Assembly: GCA_038248345.1 (NCBI GenBank)
Contig: JBBRXO010000081.1
Span: 1-12,781 of the forward strand
Reading direction: 5' to 3'
DNA: 12,781 nucleotides
DNA from: Armatimonadota bacterium
GTDB taxonomy: Bacteria; Armatimonadota; Hebobacteria; CAIYQO01
In this document: piece after piece, positions 7,511-12,781 of the stretch
Numbering within the stretch: position 1 is the stretch's first letter
Layout of the letters: every line of letters begins with the position of its first letter
Notes under the pieces: generated by a model
Database searches by the model: none
What the model was told of the DNA's origin: nothing
What the model saw: only the letters and a program-made list of their open reading frames with translations
Translations under genes and position numbers: made by a program

Positions 7511-8503
7511 ATGGATGAGAAGAACGAAGAACATGCACGGGTAGCGAGCTTTGCCGCCGAGACGATGCTGGAGTTCCTGACTGATTTGGTTGCGGAGTTC
7601 GATGGCGTGCGCCGTGCCGAGGATATTGAGTGTGTCCACCGGATGCGCGTTGCTTCACGCCGGGTGCGTACTGCCCTGACACTGTTTGCCGATTGTTTCC
7701 CCACCAAGCGAGTTGCCCAGTGGCAGGAGCAGATCAAAGGTATTACCAAGGCGCTGGGCGCGGCACGTGATACCGACGTACAGCTAGAGGTCTTGCATGA
7801 CTTGCTTGCAGAAGCGCCAGAGAAGCGTTCTCTTCCCGGGATTAAGCGCGTTATACTACGTTTGGAACAACGACGAAAGCGGTTGCAAGTGAAGCTGAGT
7901 ACCGCCCTTGACCGGTTGGAAGAACGCAAGACCTTGCCAGAGATGGAAGGCGTACTTCGGCAACAGCTGATCCATGCGCAATTGCAGCCAGTATCCGGTA
8001 TACCGCAACAATTGTATAGGCGTGCGCAGGCGACGTTGATCTCGCAATTGGAGGTGATGTTAGGCTACGAGTTATATATCGACAAACCGGAGCGTATGCT
8101 GGAATTGCACGCTATGCGCATCGCAGCCAAGCATTTTCGCTACTCACTACAGATATATGGGCCTATTTATGCGGGCGAATTGAAGGAATTCTTTACCGTT
8201 GTGAAAAAATTGCAGGAGATCCTGGGAGAGATTCATGACTGTGATGTATGGTCTCTCTGGTTTCCGGTGTTCATCGAAGAAGAGCTAAAAAAGGTACACG
8301 AATACTATGGCAACAGTCGCACCTTCGCTCCTCTTCGACCAGGATTGACTTGGCTTGTCGCGAATCGGCTGGCACTCCGCAAGAAGTATCACAAAGAGTT
8401 GAACATATATTGGAAAGAGCTGGAACAGCAACAATTGTGGAGTAAACTATTGCAGATATTGGAGAAGCGGGTGGGTGATGATACCCAGGCGGCAATAGTA
8501 TGA
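7511..8503 (+). CDS. CHAD-domain protein (polyphosphate-binding)
   Basis: Start placed at ATG 7511 (GGGAG at 7499-7503). Both CHAD half-motifs are present: VHRMRVASRRVR...LGAARDTDV and LHAMRIAAKHFRY...LQEILGEIHDCDV. Confidence 0.9.
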   Translation: MDEKNEEHARVASFAAETMLEFLTDLVAEFDGVRRAEDIECVHRMRVASRRVRTALTLFADCFPTKRVAQWQEQIKGITKALGAARDTDVQLEVLHDLLAEAPEKRSLPGIKRVILRLEQRRKRLQVKLSTALDRLEERKTLPEMEGVLRQQLIHAQLQPVSGIPQQLYRRAQATLISQLEVMLGYELYIDKPERMLELHAMRIAAKHFRYSLQIYGPIYAGELKEFFTVVKKLQEILGEIHDCDVWSLWFPVFIEEELKKVHEYYGNSRTFAPLRPGLTWLVANRLALRKKYHKELNIYWKELEQQQLWSKLLQILEKRVGDDTQAAIV

Positions 8504-10056
8504 CAACCCACGGGCGCGTGGTCGCCTTTATGGATTTGGGCACGAATTCGGTGCGCCTGTATGTGGTGCGGATTAATCCTAATGGGACTTGGACGGTGCT
8601 GACATTACAGAAGATGATGGTGCGCCTGGGGGAAGGTGAATTCTCGCAGCAGCACCTGCAACCGGAGGCGATGGCACGCACTGCGGAGGCTATTCGACAA
8701 CTGGGCGAGTTGGCACATTCCTACGGTGCCGAGGAGATTCATGCGGTAGCCACAGCGGCTACGCGGGAAGCGGAAAATCAAGCTGAGTTTATTGAGTTAT
8801 TACGTGAGGTATCTGGCATTCAGCTGCGCGTAATAGCGGGCAAGGAAGAGGCGCGGCTCATTTATCTGGGAGTCTCCCGTTCTGTCAATATTGGTAAAAC
8901 AGAGGCTATGTTTATAGACATAGGCGGCGGCAGTACCGAGATCGCCATCGGCGACAGCCAGCAATTCAGCTACCTCGATTCGCTGAAGCTCGGCGCCATA
9001 CGTTTGGCAAACACAGATAGGAATGGCTTTGCCGGTAAGGTGAGTCCCAAGCGCTACGCACATTTGCAGGATGAAGTGAGAAATGTGGCGGTGCGGACGA
9101 TTCAGAACTTGCGCCAGATAGCGCCCAAACTAGTCTATGGCTCCAGTGGTACAATTGAAAACCTGGCGACTATAGCGGCGCGTCTGACGGGGAATTCTCA
9201 TCAGACTCCGGCTCCGATAATGACCCTCGAGCAACTACGCTTTGTCGTCACCTTGCTATGTTCGCTCCCTCTTGCACAACGCCGGATGTTACCGGGCCTG
9301 AATCCCGAACGTGCGGATATTATCATTGCAGGCGCTGCGGTGCTGGAAACGTTGATGTCAGAGTTGGGCCTTACTGAAATCCACGTAAGTGACCGAGGGT
9401 TACGCGATGGACTGCTGGTGGACTATCTGGAACGCGGCGAGGAAACGGCAGAGATCGCCCGGCTTTCGATTCGTGCGCGCAGTGTACGCCAACTTGGACG
9501 GCTATGCAACTATGATGAGATACACGCGGAACAGGTGGCGAAGCTCGCGGTGAGCCTTTTTGAGTGCGCCCAAGGGGAGGGGCTGCATATGTTGGGGGTA
9601 GCGGAGAAGGAACTGCTGGGGTGGGCGGCGCGCTTGCATGATATTGGTCTTTTTCTCAACTATGCCAACCACCATGCGCATAGCTATTACTTTATTCGCA
9701 ATGCTGAGTTATTGGGTTTTGACCTGACGGAGGCAGCCATCATGGCAACTTCGGTGCTCTTTCATCGAAAGACGTTGCCGCGGAGTAAGAACCCGGAGTT
9801 CGCGCTCCTGGATGAGCGGAGCCGAGAAGTAGTGCGGCTCCTCTGCATCTTCCTTCGGGTAGCGGAGACGCTTGACCGTAGCCACGCCAACCTGGTGCAG
9901 GATGTCCGCATAACCCCGACAAACAACGGCCGCCTGGCGCTGGAGGTGATCCATGAGCAACCGTGCCCGTTGGAACTGCTGGGAGTGCGGGTACATGGGC
10001 CAGCGCTGGAGAAGACATTTGGGCGTAAAGTAGTATTCTCCGACGGGAAAGGGTAA
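8500..10056 (+). CDS. ppx: Ppx/GppA family exopolyphosphatase with C-terminal HD domain
   Basis: 518 aa with DLGTNS, VATAATREA, EEARLIYLGV, DIGGGSTE, RADII, GLRDG and HAEQV...LHDIG...LDRSH. ATGA overlap with the CHAD stop. Confidence 0.93.
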   Translation: MTTHGRVVAFMDLGTNSVRLYVVRINPNGTWTVLTLQKMMVRLGEGEFSQQHLQPEAMARTAEAIRQLGELAHSYGAEEIHAVATAATREAENQAEFIELLREVSGIQLRVIAGKEEARLIYLGVSRSVNIGKTEAMFIDIGGGSTEIAIGDSQQFSYLDSLKLGAIRLANTDRNGFAGKVSPKRYAHLQDEVRNVAVRTIQNLRQIAPKLVYGSSGTIENLATIAARLTGNSHQTPAPIMTLEQLRFVVTLLCSLPLAQRRMLPGLNPERADIIIAGAAVLETLMSELGLTEIHVSDRGLRDGLLVDYLERGEETAEIARLSIRARSVRQLGRLCNYDEIHAEQVAKLAVSLFECAQGEGLHMLGVAEKELLGWAARLHDIGLFLNYANHHAHSYYFIRNAELLGFDLTEAAIMATSVLFHRKTLPRSKNPEFALLDERSREVVRLLCIFLRVAETLDRSHANLVQDVRITPTNNGRLALEVIHEQPCPLELLGVRVHGPALEKTFGRKVVFSDGKG

Positions 10057-10058
10057 TG

Positions 10059-10144
10059 TGGTGCCGGTGAAGGGAGTCGAACCCCCACGGGGTCTCCCCC
10101 GGTAGATTTTGAGTCTACTGCGTCTGCCATTCCGCCACACCGGC
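10059..10144 (-). tRNA. tRNA-Leu, anticodon CAA, with encoded CCA
   Basis: Minus strand reads GCCGGTG TGGCGGAATGGCAGACGCA GTAGA-CT-CAA-AA-TCTAC CGGGGGAGACCCCG T GGGGG-TTCGACT-CCCTT CACCGGC A CCA: 7-bp acceptor stem, long variable arm, TTCGA loop. Confidence 0.97.
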
Positions 10145-10157
10145 TGGAAGCTTATTT

Positions 10158-10186
10158 ATTGTAACAGGAGTGAGGGGTAAGGTCAA
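10158..10186 (-). promoter_or_regulatory. Sigma70-type promoter of tRNA-Leu: TTGACC-17 nt-TACAAT with TG extension
   Basis: Plus-strand GGTCAA at 10181-10186 and ATTGTA at 10158-10163 with a 17-nt spacer; the -10 ends 13 nt before the tRNA 5' end. Confidence 0.8.
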
Positions 10187-10298
10187 TAATATTTGATGCC
10201 GGAGCAAAGTGACGGCGAGGACGATGGTATATTGATCGCCAGGGTCAGTGAAGAGTATTATGACTGGTATTGCGATACAGATATAACAAGCGAGAGTT

Positions 10299-11315
10299 AT
10301 GAAGGGACATAGAAAAGTGAATGAGATGAGCATCCCCGGCATTGGGGTGATCCCGGATGATTGTAAAGGCGACTTCCTCGATATTGAAACAGGCGGCGGT
10401 GGACTGTGGCAGGTAGGCTGTGAAGGGGTGCAGCGTATACTGACCCCACTGGATCGCAAGGTGGAATTTATCGTTTTTGCGAAGAAGACGCTGACTTACG
10501 TCAAATCCGCGATGGGGTATCCGGCGATTTATCCGCTCCCGGAGGTCACTTTCGCAGGGCCAGCTGACGCGGTATTGATGGATCTGGACGGCACTAGCGT
10601 GCATAGCGAGGCCTTCTGGATGTGGGTGATCGAGCAGACTACGGCACGCTTGCTGGGAGCCCCGCATTTCAAACTGGAAGAGGCTGATGAGCCGCATGTT
10701 TCCGGTCATTCAGTGTCGGAACACTTGCAGTATTGCATTCGCAAATACTGTCCGCAGGAGACGGTGGAAGTTGCGCGCATCCACTATTTTGAAATAACGC
10801 GCTATGAAATGAGTGAGATAATGGCCGGGCGTGGGCGCAAAGGGGCGTTTACCCCCAGTCCGAACCTGAAAGAGTTTCTCTATACACTGAAGGATAATGG
10901 CATTAAAATTGGGCTGGTGACTTCCGGGCTATATGAGAAAGCGTGGCCGGAGATTCTCTCGGCGTTCCAAACGCTGGAGATGGGTGATCCACTGAAGTTC
11001 TATGATGCGATTATCACGGCCGGGACGGCATTCAGCGCCACCACGGCGGGGACATTGGGGGAGTTGGCTCCCAAACCGCATCCTTGGCTCTATGCCGAAA
11101 CCGCGCGGGTGGGCTTGGGTCTTGATCCGGCGCGGCGGCAGCACGTCATCGGGATGGAGGATTCCAGCGCCGGGGTGGTCTCAATACGCCTCGCTGGCTT
11201 CGCCGCTATCGGAGTAGGGGGAGGGAATATTGCAGCCAGTGGCCTCCGCCCGCTCCTACATGCCGAATGCACTGGACTGTTGGACGCCTTGCCGGTGATC
11301 CTGGGGGAGCGCTGA
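10299..11315 (+). CDS. HAD-superfamily phosphatase (beta-PGM/CbbY-like) with N-terminal extension
   Basis: Motif I MDLDGT, motif II LVTSG, motif III PKPHP, motif IV MEDS. Start is uncertain (10299 or 10326). Confidence 0.85.
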   Translation: MKGHRKVNEMSIPGIGVIPDDCKGDFLDIETGGGGLWQVGCEGVQRILTPLDRKVEFIVFAKKTLTYVKSAMGYPAIYPLPEVTFAGPADAVLMDLDGTSVHSEAFWMWVIEQTTARLLGAPHFKLEEADEPHVSGHSVSEHLQYCIRKYCPQETVEVARIHYFEITRYEMSEIMAGRGRKGAFTPSPNLKEFLYTLKDNGIKIGLVTSGLYEKAWPEILSAFQTLEMGDPLKFYDAIITAGTAFSATTAGTLGELAPKPHPWLYAETARVGLGLDPARRQHVIGMEDSSAGVVSIRLAGFAAIGVGGGNIAASGLRPLLHAECTGLLDALPVILGER

Positions 11316-11683
11316 TGGTGGGAGAGTTGAAGTAAGGCTAATATTAGTTAGTAGTTTAACCAGCAATTAATGGGATTATTGCGCAATTTTTCAATAAAAA
11401 CTACTCCATCTGTTAATCGGCATTGAATATTAGCCCACCATCGGCGTAGAATAATGATCTAGCTTTGGCGGTTGGACAGCTTGCTTTTTTTGAGTTATAA
11501 TTCTCCAACTTTTGTTACCAGTTTCTACTAAATCACACTGGTGTGACACGGTCCAGTAGAGCAATAGCGCTGTGAATCCCGTTGACTCATATAAATGTCT
11601 CCATGTCTCACAGAAGAACAAACACACAGAGCAGTTAAGGGCGGATAAAATCATAAAGCAACGACACTCTTCATGGAACCGCA

Positions 11684-12466
11684 TCAATAGATTATTGGAT
11701 TTGCTATCCGGCTTATTGCGGCCCAGAAGCTGGATTTTCTCCTATGGTCATGCCGCAGGTGATCTACATACTCGGTATGATCCGGATAGGCGTGCCAATC
11801 GGAGATCTTCGCGGCGATGACATCGAGGTTCCGCAGATAGCGGACACCATGATGATAGTACTTCGAAACCGCACGCCGGAGGATGGACTCAGTCAACGCA
11901 CGGTAAATCACCGTCGCTGCCAGCCACCGTGCCTCCTGTTTCATATATTCGGCCATTGGAAGTAGGCTGGTATAATCATCACCATCGAGCTGATCGTCAT
12001 GGGTGAGGAGATACGTTTCCGCGTCTGCTGTCCGTCCGACACAGGTGAGAAAGCGTGCGTCGCTGGACGAGAATTGCGGATCACAGAGGATGGCTGTCGC
12101 CGTCTGCTCAACCACCAGGTTGCGCTGATCTTCCCCGATGACCGTCAGTAGCGCTTGCAGGGACTCTTCATTATGATATGCCTCATACATCTGCCATGCG
12201 ACCAGTCACGCGGTGTCGGTATCGCCAAGTTGTTGTGAAACCTTCAGCAGGAGCGCGTTTCGCTCGTTTACCGCGTAGGGATTCGCCGGGAGACGCTCCA
12301 ATCTAGTTCGTGCGGTCGTCGCGTCACCGGCATCGAGATATGCCTCTGCAATGTTGATTTGCACGGCTGCAGGCAGATCGGCATGTATGGCGCACTGTGC
12401 CTGTTCAAACAGCGGGGCGTCGCGGAGTTGCCGGGCCACGGATGCCACGCCGAGAAACCAATGTTG
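11684..12466 (-). pseudogene. 5'-truncated helical protein gene (DUF6880-like, from recall) with an in-frame TGA at 12206-12208
   Basis: ORFs 12206-12448 and 11684-12190 are in the same frame, joined as ...GDTDTA*LVAWQMYEAY.... C-terminus YRALTESILRRAVSKYYHHGVRYL...LRHDHRRKSSFW. Upstream of about 12466 the frame loses plausibility and hits TAG at 12503-12505, with no SD or start. Confidence 0.65.
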
Positions 12467-12781
12467 CGCGGCGAAGCAGGCGTGGTGTCCGCCAACGTTG
12501 CACTATCCCTGGGGGCGTACAAAGAGAAAGACGCTATCAAGCCGTTGCAGTTGGCGCTGCGCAATGAGTACAACCTGACGCGCAGCAACGCGATTCTATC
12601 GCTGTTTGCCATTGGTGGCGACGAAGTGATGGACATTATCGGCAAAAGTATGGCGCGCGAGGTAGACCGCAAAGTCCTCTCCTCGCTGATTTACGTGATG
12701 AAGCAGATGAAAACCGACAAAGTTGCCGCCGCCAAATATGTGGCCATGGCAATAAAAAACTCCAAGGATGACAACGACAAA
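12461..12781 (+). CDS. HEAT-repeat (PBS lyase-like) protein fragment, probably 5'-truncated; runs off the window
   Basis: Hand translation: MLRGEAGVVSANVALSLGAYKEKDAIKPLQLALRNEYNLTRSNAILSLFAIGGDEVMDIIGKSM..., open to 12781, with about 31-aa HEAT periodicity. No SD before ATG 12461. Confidence 0.6.
   Translation, partial: MLRGEAGVVSANVALSLGAYKEKDAIKPLQLALRNEYNLTRSNAILSLFAIGGDEVMDIIGKSMAREVDRKVLSSLIYVMKQMKTDKVAAAKYVAMAIKNSKDDNDK

Noticed and set aside
9709..10459. Minus-strand ORFs 9709-10140, 9762-10130 and 10115-10459
   Set aside because: They read through the tRNA gene and are antisense to ppx or the HAD gene.
11430..11820. ORFs 11430-11687 (-) and 11572-11820 (+)
   Set aside because: No recognisable motifs, atypical composition and weak starts; not supportable as genes from sequence alone.
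12206..12208. In-frame TGA as selenocysteine or stop-codon reassignment
   Set aside because: No redox-motif context or evident SECIS-like hairpin, TGA ends several intact genes here, and the gene is also 5'-truncated.

Overview
Mostly bacterial core-chromosome DNA, with a decayed accessory segment at the right end. Left to right: (1) the 5' part of a minus-strand exported protein built from 228-nt tandem repeats, each with two LTxxQ motifs (Spy/CpxP-like), which the ORF track missed because it runs off the window; (2) a GT4 glycosyltransferase that appears to be leaderless, converging across a REP-like hairpin on (3) a minus-strand operon xylB - acyl carrier protein - second GT4; (4) a palindromic, probably bidirectional promoter followed by a 52-aa Cys4, Lys/Glu-rich microprotein and a complete polyphosphate operon (ppk1 - CHAD - ppx/gppA); (5) tRNA-Leu(CAA) on the minus strand, ending 2 nt from the ppx stop; (6) a HAD phosphatase with an N-terminal extension; (7) an AT-rich spacer, a DUF6880-like pseudogene (in-frame TGA, no 5' end) and a HEAT-repeat fragment joined back-to-back with it at about 12461. 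No CRISPR array, rRNA, integrase or transposase was seen. The best candidates for undescribed biology are the microprotein heading the polyP operon, the stand-alone ACP between a sugar kinase and glycosyltransferases, and the tandem LTxxQ protein. All family calls are from motif recognition by eye; no database searches were run.
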